Origin: Candidatus Nanohaloarchaea archaeon
Lineage (GTDB): Archaea; Nanohalarchaeota; Nanosalinia; Nanosalinales; Nanosalinaceae
Direction: 5' to 3'
NCBI GenBank assembly: GCA_042217585.1
Contig: JBDGSJ010000014.1
Span: 1 to 45,069, forward strand
DNA: 45,069 bases
Notes under the pieces: generated by a model
Told to the model about the DNA's origin: nothing
The model's input: the letters and a program-made list of their open reading frames with translations, nothing else
Database searches by the model: none
Shown here: piece after piece, positions 34,920 through 44,162 of the stretch
Position numbering within the stretch: the first letter of the stretch is position 1
Layout of the letters: every line of letters starts with the position of its first letter
Made by a program: the position numbers and the translations under genes

Positions 34920-34952
34920 GAGCTGCTTCTCGGCGTCGTCAGTGGTGTCCAT
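34812..34952 (-). CDS. 46-aa paralogue of the N-terminus of the zinc-finger protein
   Basis: MDTTDDAEKQLEKAKEMLGISDDRADEIFNAEPDHKQRKRAEKEGE, with TTTAAAT about 25 nt upstream. Confidence 0.8.
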   Translation of the reverse strand: MDTTDDAEKQLEKAKEMLGISDDRADEIFNAEPDHKQRKRAEKEGE

Positions 34953-34975
34953 ACCCCTTTTTTCAGGTCCGGGAT

Positions 34976-36082
34976 TTAAACAAGTTCGGTGAAGTTCTCC
35001 CTGAACTCGTCGTAGTACTCGACGGGGAGTGAGGCGCCGGCTGCCTTCCTGTGTCCGCCTGCCTCGGCACCCTCTTCCCGGGCTCCCTCGGGTATCGCCT
35101 GCTGGAGGAGCTCGCCCAGGTCCACCCTTCCGCTCTGGCACCGGGCGGAAAGGTTCACCTCGTCGTCCTTCTGTATCACTATGTGTATCCAGTCAGGGGT
35201 CTTCGCGGACATGTTTGTCGCGATGCTGGAGTTGATGTGGAACTCGGAGTCGAGCTCGAAGAAGATGATACATTTCTCCCTGTCTATCTCCCTCTCCTCC
35301 TCGTAGTTCTCCATCAGCCTGTTGAACTCCTCCTGCATCTCCAGGTAGACCTCGTATACCCTCCGGTAAGGCTCCTGTGCCTCGAGCTCCTTCAGGTCCT
35401 CGGACTCCATCAGGGCGTCGTAGGCCAGCTTCGCGTAGTGCTGGGAGTCCCTGTACGGCTTGATGTTGAGGACCGACGAGTACCTGCCGTACTCGCAGTT
35501 CTTCGCCAGCTCCTCCTGCGTGAGCTCTGAGGGGAGGTACTGTGAGTAGTTCTTCTCCAGCTCCTCGAAAAGCTCGGGGCAGGAATCCACGCCGAAATCC
35601 TGTATGACGCCGAGACCTGCGATCCACCTGAGCTCGTCTCTCAGACCGAACTCCGCGGCTATATCAAGGCAGACCTTGCTCGCCGGTATGTAGACCTCCT
35701 CATCGTACTCCCGCGGATTGACGAACGGCACGTCGGGTTTCCGCTCGAAACTGTGGTGGTCCACGACGAGAACATCTACGCCGTGATCGTCCTGCAGCTC
35801 CTCCAGATCCGAGGGCTCGAGGTTGAAGTCAAGAACTATCAGGACGTCGGAGTCCTTCAGGTCCTCCATGTCCTCCTCGGGAAGGTGATACACTCTCTGG
35901 GAAGGTATGCGGACCTCGTCGGCTCCGTGTCCGCGGACCTCCTCAAGGACCTTTGATACAAGCACCGATGAGGAGGTCCCGTCCATGTCCCAGTGATGGA
36001 TTATGGTGACTTCTTCGTCCGCTTTTATGTCTTCAAGGAATTCTACAGCGGGCTCTAATTTTTCTGGCTCCATGGAGACCAT
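34976..36082 (-). CDS. DHH/DHHA1 phosphoesterase (RecJ/GAN-like)
   Basis: HHWDMDG, IVLD, VVDHH, SAR, GGHRKAAG. Confidence 0.92.
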   Translation of the reverse strand: MVSMEPEKLEPAVEFLEDIKADEEVTIIHHWDMDGTSSSVLVSKVLEEVRGHGADEVRIPSQRVYHLPEEDMEDLKDSDVLIVLDFNLEPSDLEELQDDHGVDVLVVDHHSFERKPDVPFVNPREYDEEVYIPASKVCLDIAAEFGLRDELRWIAGLGVIQDFGVDSCPELFEELEKNYSQYLPSELTQEELAKNCEYGRYSSVLNIKPYRDSQHYAKLAYDALMESEDLKELEAQEPYRRVYEVYLEMQEEFNRLMENYEEEREIDREKCIIFFELDSEFHINSSIATNMSAKTPDWIHIVIQKDDEVNLSARCQSGRVDLGELLQQAIPEGAREEGAEAGGHRKAAGASLPVEYYDEFRENFTELV

Positions 36083-36098
36083 CTCGCGGCGAGGCTTT

Positions 36099-39000
36099 TT
36101 ATCTGGAAGGTTCAGAGAAACTGAACTCTGCTTTTCTGTCCCTGAACTCTACCTCGCCGGTGTGCTGGAGCTGATCTCCATCGAAGACTACACCCGAGAC
36201 GTTCACTCTGCCCCGGATCACGTCCTCGTGCTCTCTGAGGGCCTCGGTGTCACCCGAGAAAGCGAGCCGGACCTTCTCATCGACCTCAAGACCGGCCTCC
36301 TTCCGTCTCTGCTGGACCTCCCGGACCACCTCGGAGACGAACGCCTCATCGAGCAGTTCCTCCGTCCGTTCCTCGTCGAGGTAGACCGTGCCGGAGGAGA
36401 ACTCCTCTCCCTCCATACCTTCGGGCACGTGGGTCCGGACCTCGAACATCTCCGGTCCGAGCTCATGTCCCGCGACCTCGACTTCCTCGCCGTCCTCTAC
36501 GGTTTCGGCGACTTCGGAGTGGTCGAGGTCCTCCAGCGCGGATTCGACCTCGCCGACCGCGTCACCGAGCTCCGGTCCGGCGTTCGAGTAGTCAAGCTTC
36601 ACCTCGTAGTCGAGGTTGACGCTCTCGAACCTGACCTCCTTCGCGTTCAGGCGTTCCTCGAGGAGGTCTCTCAGGTCGTTCACCGCTTCCCTGACCTCGT
36701 CGTCTCCGCTGACAGTGACCTCCTTGACGGGGTGGCGGAGCTTGATGCCCTTCGCCTGTCTCAGGCGGGCGACTGCCTCCTCGATCTCCTGGAATATCTC
36801 CATGTGGATCTCGAGGTCCCTGTCGATCAGGTCGTACTCCGGCTCGGGGTAGTCCTCCATGTGTATGGAGTCCTCGCCGTCCCAGAGGTACTCGGTGAGG
36901 TGCGGGACGAACGGTGAGAGGACCTTCAGTAGCTTCCCTGACACGTGGTTCAGGGTCCATTCCGCCGCCTGGCGGTCCTCGCCGTCGTATCCGGGCTTCA
37001 GCCGGTCCCTTATCATCTTTATGTAGCCGCGGGAGAGGTCGTTCTTCGTGAAGTCCTCGACCTTTCTCGCCGCCCTGAAAGCCTCGTAGTCCTCTGAGGA
37101 GTGCTGGATCACCTCCTCTATCAGCGAGTTGAGCCTCGAGATTATCCACCGGTCCTCGGTCTCCAGCTCCTCAGGCCTCTCAACCTCCTCGGCGTACGTC
37201 TCGCGGTAGTTGTAGACGTTCCAGAGGATGTTCAGGAACTCCATGTTCTGCTCCATACGCTCCCAGGTGAAGTTCAGGTCCTCTGCCGGGTCGCCGGACA
37301 GCAGGAAGAAACGGAGGATGTCGCGCCCGTACTTCTCGATCGCCTCCTCCGGCGATACCACTATACCTTTGGACTTGGACATCTCCTTCCCGTCGAGCAT
37401 TACCTTGCCGTGGTATATCACGTTGGAGAACGGTCGCTCGCCCCAGGTCATCTGGGAGGTTATGAACTGGCTGTTCCACCAGCCCCTGAACTGGTCGAAG
37501 CCCTCCAGCTCCAGGTCCACCGGTCCCTCGTCCTCGAAGGTGAAGTCGACCTCGGGATGTTTCAGCGATGCCCAGGGAGCGACGCCGGAGTCGAACCAGA
37601 CATCGAGAACGTCGGGGATCCTCTCCATCTCTCCACCGCATTCGTCGCAGTCCAGTGTCACCTCGTCGATGTACGGACGGTGAAGGTCGTCAGGGACCTC
37701 CGGCAGTTCGGAGCGGTCCCCGACCACCGTGGTGTTGTCGCAGTCGCCGCACTCCCATATCGGGAGGGGTATCCCCCAGTAGCGCTGGCGCGAGACCGGC
37801 CAGTCGCCCAGCTGGTCAAGCCACTCGTGGAACTTCTGACCCGCCCAGTCCGGGGTCCAGTTCACGTCCTCGTTGTGCTCCACCAGCTCGTCCCTGAACT
37901 GGGTCGCACCGAAGAACCACTGCGGGATGGAGAGCTGGAGAAGCGGCGTGTCGCAACGCCAGCACTTCGGGTACTCGTGGTGGACCTCGCTCGAGTACAC
38001 AAGTTTCTCGCCGAGATCCCTCTTTATCCTGTCGTCGGCGTCCTTGACATAGACGCCCTCGTAGTCGCCTGCCTCCTCAGTGAACTGTCCCTTCAGGTCC
38101 ACGGGCGAGATCAGTTCAAGGTCGTACTCCTGTCCGACCTCGTAGTCCTCTCTTCCGTGGCCCGGGGCGGAGTGGACCAGTCCTGTCCCCCCCTCGAGGT
38201 CCACGTACCTGTCGGAGAGAACCACTCTTCCCGTGACCTCTCTCTGCGCAGGGACGTGCTCCTCCAGCGGGTTGTCGTACTCCATGCCCTCCAGTTCGCT
38301 GCCCTCGACCTGCTTCAGGACCTCGTAGTCCTCAACACCGAACTCATCCATCAGGTCGTCGACGAGCTCGGAGGCGACCCACAGCTTCCTCCCGTCGAAC
38401 TTCACGAGGGAGTACTCGTAGTCGGGGTGGACCATGACCGCGGTGTTCGCGGGAAGGGTCCAAGGGGTGGTCGTCCATATCAGGAACGACTCGTCAGTAT
38501 TCTTTATCGGTAGCTCGACGTACACCTCCGGGTCCTTCAGCTCGGTGTACTCGATCTCGTTGTACGCGACCGCTGTCTCGCACCGCGTACAGATGTGGAC
38601 CGGGTACTGGTCCTCGTACAGGTATCCCTTCTGGAACGCCTGCTTGAACGTCTGCCACGCACCCTCTATGTAGTAGTCGTGGTAGGTGACGTACGGGTTC
38701 TCCCAGTCCATCCAGACGCCCATGTCGTTGAAGTCCTCGTTCATCTCGTCGATGTGCTGGTCCACGAACTCCTGGCATTTCTCGATGAAGTTCTCGACCC
38801 CGAAATCCTCGATGTCCTTCTTCTTCTCGAATCCCTCCTCTTCTTCGACCTTGTTCTCGATAGGCAGGCCGTGGGTGTCATAGCCGGGCTGGGCGTGGAC
38901 ATCGTACCCCAGCTTCCTGTGGAAACGGATGTAAAAATCCTTCAGGGTCTTGTTCAGGCCGGTGCCCATGTGGATGGAGCCGGTGGCGTACGGCGGACCG

Positions 39001-39119
39001 TCCAGGAAATAGAACCGCTCGTTCCCCGAGTTCCGGTCCAGGACCCTTTTCCTAACGTCGTTTTCCTTCCAGAAATCCTTGACTGCTGATTCTACTTTTT
39101 CGGGATTGTAGTCCGTCAT
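36099..39119 (-). CDS. ileS: Isoleucyl-tRNA synthetase
   Basis: DGPPYATGSIHMG, WTTTPWTLP, GTGLVHSAPGHG, SRQRYWGIPLP, DVWFDSG, MSKS. Confidence 0.99.
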   Translation of the reverse strand: MTDYNPEKVESAVKDFWKENDVRKRVLDRNSGNERFYFLDGPPYATGSIHMGTGLNKTLKDFYIRFHRKLGYDVHAQPGYDTHGLPIENKVEEEEGFEKKKDIEDFGVENFIEKCQEFVDQHIDEMNEDFNDMGVWMDWENPYVTYHDYYIEGAWQTFKQAFQKGYLYEDQYPVHICTRCETAVAYNEIEYTELKDPEVYVELPIKNTDESFLIWTTTPWTLPANTAVMVHPDYEYSLVKFDGRKLWVASELVDDLMDEFGVEDYEVLKQVEGSELEGMEYDNPLEEHVPAQREVTGRVVLSDRYVDLEGGTGLVHSAPGHGREDYEVGQEYDLELISPVDLKGQFTEEAGDYEGVYVKDADDRIKRDLGEKLVYSSEVHHEYPKCWRCDTPLLQLSIPQWFFGATQFRDELVEHNEDVNWTPDWAGQKFHEWLDQLGDWPVSRQRYWGIPLPIWECGDCDNTTVVGDRSELPEVPDDLHRPYIDEVTLDCDECGGEMERIPDVLDVWFDSGVAPWASLKHPEVDFTFEDEGPVDLELEGFDQFRGWWNSQFITSQMTWGERPFSNVIYHGKVMLDGKEMSKSKGIVVSPEEAIEKYGRDILRFFLLSGDPAEDLNFTWERMEQNMEFLNILWNVYNYRETYAEEVERPEELETEDRWIISRLNSLIEEVIQHSSEDYEAFRAARKVEDFTKNDLSRGYIKMIRDRLKPGYDGEDRQAAEWTLNHVSGKLLKVLSPFVPHLTEYLWDGEDSIHMEDYPEPEYDLIDRDLEIHMEIFQEIEEAVARLRQAKGIKLRHPVKEVTVSGDDEVREAVNDLRDLLEERLNAKEVRFESVNLDYEVKLDYSNAGPELGDAVGEVESALEDLDHSEVAETVEDGEEVEVAGHELGPEMFEVRTHVPEGMEGEEFSSGTVYLDEERTEELLDEAFVSEVVREVQQRRKEAGLEVDEKVRLAFSGDTEALREHEDVIRGRVNVSGVVFDGDQLQHTGEVEFRDRKAEFSFSEPSR

Positions 39120-39229
39120 GTTACGCGAGATGGACTCTGAAAGTTAAAAGGATTTTCAAGCCGGTGCTTAACACCGATTTAACCCGCGGAACAGTAAAGT
39201 TTACATCAGTCCGTGGACCGGGTACATCC

Positions 39230-40141
39230 ATGGAAGAAGCTGACTACATCTGGATGGACGGCGAGACGGTCAAATGGGAGGAGGCGAAGGTCCACGCCCT
39301 GTCCCACGCGATGCATTACGGGACCGCGGTCTTCGAGGGGATAAGAGCCTACGAGTGCGACGGGAAACCCTCGATATTCAGGCTGGACGACCACATGGAG
39401 AGGTTCATCGATTCAGCGGAGATAACAGAGCTGGAACTCGAGAGGTCGAAAGAGCAACTCGTGGAGGCGACGGAGGAACTGATACTGGAGAACGAACTTG
39501 AATCCTGCTACATCCGGCCGCTCGCCTTCCGGGGCTACGGATCTATGGGACTGAACCCGCTGGAAAACCCCGTCAGGACCATGATAGCCGTCTGGCCCTG
39601 GGGCGCATACCTCGGCGAGGACGCGCTGAAGAACGGGGTGGAGGTCCAGACCTCGTCGTGGACCCGGCACCACCCCAACGTCATGCCGACCAAGGCTAAG
39701 GCATCAGGCAACTACGTGAACTCGGTCCTCGCGAAGATCGAGGCAGCGAAGAACGGGAAGGACGAGGCCCTGATGCTCAACACGGATGGTTTCGTCGCGG
39801 AGGGAAGCGGAGAGAACTTCTTCATCGTGAGAGACGGGGAGATAGTGACTCCGCCGTCGGCGGATGTCCTCGAGGGGGTGACACGTGACTCGGTCATCGA
39901 GATCGCGGAGGACCTCGGGTACACGGTCCGTGAGGAGAAGATGACCAGGGACCAGGTATACCGGGCGGACGAGGCGTTCCTCACCGGGACCGCCGCAGAA
40001 GTAACTCCCGTCGCCGGGGTAGACGACCGGAATATATCCGACGGAAGGGGGCCTGTCACCCGGGAGATCCAGTCGACTTTCATGGACGCGGTCCGGGGAG
40101 AGATAGACGATTACAGGGACTGGCTCCACGTCGTGGATTAA
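39230..40141 (+). CDS. ilvE: Branched-chain amino acid aminotransferase
   Basis: HYGTAVFEGIRAY, YIRP, AKASGNY (PLP Lys), EGSGEN, LEGVTR, GTAAEVTP. Likely ATG at 39230. Confidence 0.97.
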   Translation: MEEADYIWMDGETVKWEEAKVHALSHAMHYGTAVFEGIRAYECDGKPSIFRLDDHMERFIDSAEITELELERSKEQLVEATEELILENELESCYIRPLAFRGYGSMGLNPLENPVRTMIAVWPWGAYLGEDALKNGVEVQTSSWTRHHPNVMPTKAKASGNYVNSVLAKIEAAKNGKDEALMLNTDGFVAEGSGENFFIVRDGEIVTPPSADVLEGVTRDSVIEIAEDLGYTVREEKMTRDQVYRADEAFLTGTAAEVTPVAGVDDRNISDGRGPVTREIQSTFMDAVRGEIDDYRDWLHVVD

Positions 40142-40734
40142 TCCCAGTCCATGCTGCCGTCGCTCCTTCTCCTTCTTCCACCGCTATCTTTTTCTTCCTC
40201 ACCTTCATCTTCCTGCTCCGGTTCTCGGGGATCCTCATCTTCCTCCCGGAACTTCTGGGAGTCAGGATGGGGTTCGATGGTCGCCTCGCCGAAGGATACG
40301 TCGACGGATTCCATCGAACTCTGTATCTCCTGAAGTTCATCCTGTAGGTCCTCCTTAGGCTGGAAGATAGCTCCGGTCGGCGTGCCGGCGGTCTCCTCGT
40401 CCTCGAACCGGGGGAAGACCTGTATGTACGCGTGGTCCACCATCTGTCCTCCTGTCTCACCGATGTTCATCGTGATAGAGGCGCCGTCCGCGCCGAGACC
40501 CTCCTCGGCCTTTTTCGCAGCTTCTCTCGCGAGCTCCATCGCCTCGCTGTATTCGCCGGGCGAGAGATTCATCACCGAGTCCACGTGATCCTTCGGGACC
40601 ACCATCGTGTGACCCCTCGCCCTCGGGTTTATCTCGAGCCAGGCGTAGAAGTTTTCAGATTCTCCCACCAGAAGCAGCTGGTCAGGGTTCGAGATCAGCT
40701 GACAGAAGGGGCACTGGTCTCCCTGTGGAGGCAT
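40138..40734 (-). CDS. HIT-family protein with a degenerate histidine triad and C-terminal extension
   Basis: CPFC, INPRARGHTMVVPKDH, GQMVDHAYIQVFPR (for HxHxH). Confidence 0.9.
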   Translation of the reverse strand: MPPQGDQCPFCQLISNPDQLLLVGESENFYAWLEINPRARGHTMVVPKDHVDSVMNLSPGEYSEAMELAREAAKKAEEGLGADGASITMNIGETGGQMVDHAYIQVFPRFEDEETAGTPTGAIFQPKEDLQDELQEIQSSMESVDVSFGEATIEPHPDSQKFREEDEDPREPEQEDEGEEEKDSGGRRRRSDGSMDWD

Positions 40735-40786
40735 AGGACAACCTTCTGATCCAACTCTCTTTACTCTAACGGCTCATGCTCGATGG

Positions 40787-40795
40787 TTTTATAAA
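40787..40795. promoter_or_regulatory. TATA box between the divergent HIT and TRAM genes
   Basis: TTTTATAAA, readable on both strands. Confidence 0.55.
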
Positions 40796-40837
40796 GATTC
40801 GCGGGGAGTGTAGAGATACAGTTTACGGTGCATATCT

Positions 40838-41197
40838 ATGCCTGAAGATTCTGAAGAAGGTTACGCGGAAGTTGAAGTTGAGGAAACCGAAGATGAAGAA
40901 GTAGCAGAAGAGGAATTCGAGGACGAGGTTCCAGAGGAAACTCCCGATGAGACACCAGAGGAGTCACGGGAGCCTGAAGAGACAGGAGAGGAGTCAGAGG
41001 ATGAGGAAGAGTTCGACAAGCCTGTCTCGGAAGGAGAGGTAGTGGAACTTGAGATCGAGGACCTCGGAAGCAAGGGTGACGGAATCGCAAGAGTAGAAGG
41101 TTTCGTTGTTTTCGTCCCCGGAGGCGAAGTAGGCGAGAGCTACGACGTAGAGATCACTTCGGTTGGACGGAAGTTCGCGTTCGGAGAGATCCAGTAA
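40838..41197 (+). CDS. Single-TRAM-domain RNA-binding protein with acidic N-terminal extension
   Basis: KPVSEGE...[23 protein letters not shown]...KFAFGE. Confidence 0.95.
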   Translation: MPEDSEEGYAEVEVEETEDEEVAEEEFEDEVPEETPDETPEESREPEETGEESEDEEEFDKPVSEGEVVELEIEDLGSKGDGIARVEGFVVFVPGGEVGESYDVEITSVGRKFAFGEIQ

Positions 41198-41212
41198 CGC
41201 GGACCCACCTGG

Positions 41213-41225
41213 TTTTTTATCTTTT
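41213..41225 (+). terminator. Oligo-T tract after the TRAM gene (archaeal terminator, or TATA of the next gene)
   Basis: TTTTTTATCTTTT 15 nt after the stop codon. Confidence 0.4.
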
Positions 41226-41242
41226 CCAGCGACTGGAGAGTT

Positions 41243-41767
41243 ATGAGGTTCAGGCTTTTCGCCGTCGCAGTGATACTGGTTTCCGCTTTCACCGGAACAT
41301 TGATAGCCCGGAAGGGGCTGGTGGAGGACACTGTGAGAGATATCACCCGGAGCCCGCACAGGCATGCTCTTTTCTATGTTGTTTACAACGGCTCGGAACT
41401 TAACTTCACTTCAGAGCGTTTCCAGCTGAACTCGGGCGCGGTCCACCTCGAGAACGGCCGTAACCATATAGTCCACGCTCACAGGAGAGACGTTTCCTGG
41501 CGGAGATTCCTGAAAACCCTGAACATAGGCCTCCAGAGGAACGGTTCAGAGCTCTGCATGCAGGTGTACCAGAGGGAGTTCTGTGGGAAAGGGAGGGTCG
41601 TACTGAACGGCAAGGTGAGCCCTGACCTGGACCAGAACATTGAGCAGGGCGACAACTTCCTGATAATAATCCAGGACAGGGAAATGAAGGCGAAGATCAG
41701 GGACTACATGGAGCGACAGCTCCCGCGCCAGTACATCCCCGAAAGCATGAGAGGGATGAGGGTATGA
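41243..41767 (+). CDS. Exported/membrane-anchored His-motif protein
   Basis: N-terminal hydrophobic helix, HRH, VHLE and IVHAH motifs, Cys pair. ATGA-coupled to thiI. Confidence 0.75.
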   Translation: MRFRLFAVAVILVSAFTGTLIARKGLVEDTVRDITRSPHRHALFYVVYNGSELNFTSERFQLNSGAVHLENGRNHIVHAHRRDVSWRRFLKTLNIGLQRNGSELCMQVYQREFCGKGRVVLNGKVSPDLDQNIEQGDNFLIIIQDREMKAKIRDYMERQLPRQYIPESMRGMRV

Positions 41768-42897
41768 GGACCGTCCTCGTGAGGTTCAGCAGTCTCGGGG
41801 TGAAATCGGGCCCGGTCAGGAAGAGGATGAAGGCCGTGCTGAGGCAGAGGGTCGAGGACCGTCTCGAGTACGAGGAACTCGGATACGACAGGGTCTCGGA
41901 GAGACCCGGGAGGATAGTCGTGTTCGGCACCGGGGAAGCGGAGAGAGCCGCCGAAAAAATCCGTGAACTGCCCGGTGTGGCTTCTGTCTCCCCGGCCATC
42001 AGGACAGGTCCTGATATGGAGGAGGTTAAGAAAGTCTCGGAACGGTTCGAGATCGGCGAGAGTTTCGGCGTGAGAGCCAACACCGCAAACATCGGACTCT
42101 CCAGCAGGGAGGTTGAGCAGGAGCTCGGCGCCCACATCGAGGACGTGACGGGGTCCCGGGTGGACCTGGACGACCCCGAGACATGGATAAGGGTGGACCT
42201 GAGAGGGGATAACGCGTACGTGTTCTCGGAAAAACTCGAAGGGCCCGAGGGGTTCCCTGTCGGATCCGAAGAACCTCTTGCAGCGCTCATTAGCGGAGGT
42301 ATAGACTCTCCTGTCGCGGCCCACCAGGTCATGACAAGAGGAAGCGACATAACACCTATCTACTTCTACAACAGGCCGATAGCCGCGGAAGACCACCTGA
42401 TGAGGTTCGAATCATCTATAAAGAAGCTGGAACGTTTCAACCCGGGAAAAAAGTGGAATTACTACGTCGTTGACATGAACGAAGTCAACCAGGAACTCAT
42501 GGAGGTGGGAAAGGGCCGTATGGTGGTCCACAGGAGGATAATGTTCCAGACCGCAGAGAAGATAGCGGAGAGAGAAGGGCTCACAGGACTTGTCACGGGC
42601 GAGTCGATAGGGCAGAAATCGTCCCAGACCCCGCGGAACCTTGAGGCCAGTTCAGAGGCTGTCTCCAAGCCCGTTCACCGGCCACTGCTTACGTGGTCCA
42701 AGAACAGCATCGTGGAGAAGGCGAAGGAGATAGGGACCTTCGAGGACGCCAAGATATCCTCGGCCTGCCGTTCCATGGCTCCGGATAAACCTGCCACCGA
42801 GGCGACAGGCGACCTGATAGAGGAGATAGAGGATACGGTCGATACAGGAGAGCTGGTCCGGCAGGCGGTCGAGGAAGCTGAGAAAACCAGGCTTTGA
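41764..42897 (+). CDS. thiI: tRNA 4-thiouridine synthase ThiI (THUMP plus PP-loop, no rhodanese domain)
   Basis: VDLDDPE, GPEGFPVG, SGGIDSPVA, TGESIGQKSSQT, RPL. Confidence 0.95.
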   Translation: MRTVLVRFSSLGVKSGPVRKRMKAVLRQRVEDRLEYEELGYDRVSERPGRIVVFGTGEAERAAEKIRELPGVASVSPAIRTGPDMEEVKKVSERFEIGESFGVRANTANIGLSSREVEQELGAHIEDVTGSRVDLDDPETWIRVDLRGDNAYVFSEKLEGPEGFPVGSEEPLAALISGGIDSPVAAHQVMTRGSDITPIYFYNRPIAAEDHLMRFESSIKKLERFNPGKKWNYYVVDMNEVNQELMEVGKGRMVVHRRIMFQTAEKIAEREGLTGLVTGESIGQKSSQTPRNLEASSEAVSKPVHRPLLTWSKNSIVEKAKEIGTFEDAKISSACRSMAPDKPATEATGDLIEEIEDTVDTGELVRQAVEEAEKTRL

Positions 42898-42946
42898 GAT
42901 CGGAGAACCAAAGGATTTTTATTGAACCCTGCCCTCTGGGGTAGTT

Positions 42947-43228
42947 ATGTCTCTCAAGGATACAAAGGAAGAGGCGGAGGCACTGCTGGATTCGGCAGAG
43001 ATGACCATTGAGTCAGTCCCGGGAAGCGGCTCGATTAAGAATGAACTCCAGAGCAAGACCATGGAGCTTGAGAGCACTCTCGAGGAGGCGGAATCAGAGA
43101 AAGAGATAAGAGAAAAGATGAAGGAGGTCAAGGATCTGATGGATGACCTGGAGGACCGTGGGATGGATTCATTCCAGGAGCCGGAGGGGGATAACATGAT
43201 GCCTGACGAGGACGTCCCTCCGTTCTGA
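42947..43228 (+). CDS. Hypothetical acidic helical protein
   Basis: 93 aa, TTTTATT about 25 nt upstream. Confidence 0.75.
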   Translation: MSLKDTKEEAEALLDSAEMTIESVPGSGSIKNELQSKTMELESTLEEAESEKEIREKMKEVKDLMDDLEDRGMDSFQEPEGDNMMPDEDVPPF

Positions 43229-43237
43229 GTGACGGTT

Positions 43238-43480
43238 TCAGATATCCATCTCTTCCTCGATATCTACTTCTTTCCGGTCCCTGAGCGCTTCTCTTATGTC
43301 CTCAGCTCTGAGAGTCTTTCTACCGTCATCTTCCGCCAGCTGCCTGGCTTCCTCCACCACTTCCTGTCCCCATGTATCGAGGAAACTGCCGAGAGCTTCC
43401 GCAGATTCCTGACTCACTCTCTTCGAGGTGTTTTCTTTTATCAGGTTCTTCATACTTCTGGTTGAGAACTCCATCGCCAT
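43238..43480 (-). CDS. Archaeal histone (HMf-like) with acidic C-terminal tail
   Basis: KRVS...A..L and GRKTLRAEDI histone-fold signatures. Start at 43480 or 43474. Confidence 0.93.
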   Translation of the reverse strand: MAMEFSTRSMKNLIKENTSKRVSQESAEALGSFLDTWGQEVVEEARQLAEDDGRKTLRAEDIREALRDRKEVDIEEEMDI

Positions 43481-43508
43481 CACATCTTTCCATTCCTACC
43501 TTCAGAGT

Positions 43509-43557
43509 TTTAAATATGACCTGAAATGTGATAGGTCAAGACTTATTTTATTTATTT
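43509..43557. promoter_or_regulatory. Divergent TATA boxes with a TGACCT-N10-AGGTCA inverted repeat between them
   Basis: TATTTAAA (minus strand, 43509-43516), inverted repeat 43517-43538, TTATTTTATTTA (plus strand, 43543-43554). Confidence 0.6.
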
Positions 43558-43578
43558 GTTGCATTCGAACTTGAAATC

Positions 43579-44154
43579 GTGGAACTGGAGAAAAATCACA
43601 CTATACTGAACTCCGAACTCGCCGTAGAAGTCATGAGCAGCATCGCAGAGAAGAGTAACGGCGATTACGGGAGTAGTCTGGCGGAAGAACTCGGCAAACC
43701 TCAGTCCTCCGTCAGCAGAGTTCTCACAGACCTCAACGACGCGGGATTTATCAGGAAAGGAGAGAGAAAAAGAGCGCAGTACTACGTCAACGACTACGAA
43801 TCCATAGCAGAGTACTGGTACCAGACCATCCACTCGGTGATAAAGGAAGAGGGTGAGGGGAGGGCAGAGTACCAGAGCCTGGAACCCCTGGAGGACCACG
43901 AGGAAGAACTGAAGGAGATGTCCGCCGGCTTTTTCAGGAAGACTCTGAGAGATGAGGACCTGGGAGACATGACGGTGTACGAACTTCTATTCACGCACTT
44001 CCTCTACTCGATAGTCGCACAGCTCCAGAGGAACAAGGACCTGCTTGAGGACCGAACACACCTTTACTGCGCCAAGTGGGGACTGGTCCTGATGCTTGAC
44101 GCCGGTGGAAGCCCTGAACTACTGGGGCAGGCAATTAAAGAGGCGGAGGAGTAA
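43579..44154 (+). CDS. Winged-HTH transcription regulator (MarR/ArsR-like N-terminus)
   Basis: SLAEELGKPQSSVSRVLTDLNDAGFI...AQYY. Probable GTG start about 25 nt after the TATA. Confidence 0.85.
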   Translation: MELEKNHTILNSELAVEVMSSIAEKSNGDYGSSLAEELGKPQSSVSRVLTDLNDAGFIRKGERKRAQYYVNDYESIAEYWYQTIHSVIKEEGEGRAEYQSLEPLEDHEEELKEMSAGFFRKTLRDEDLGDMTVYELLFTHFLYSIVAQLQRNKDLLEDRTHLYCAKWGLVLMLDAGGSPELLGQAIKEAEE

Positions 44155-44162
44155 TAAAATAC

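Noticed and set aside
22357..39119. Inteins or frameshifts in hef, the HerA-like gene, cysS or ileS
   Set aside because: Lengths and motif spacing look normal and the reading frames are uninterrupted.
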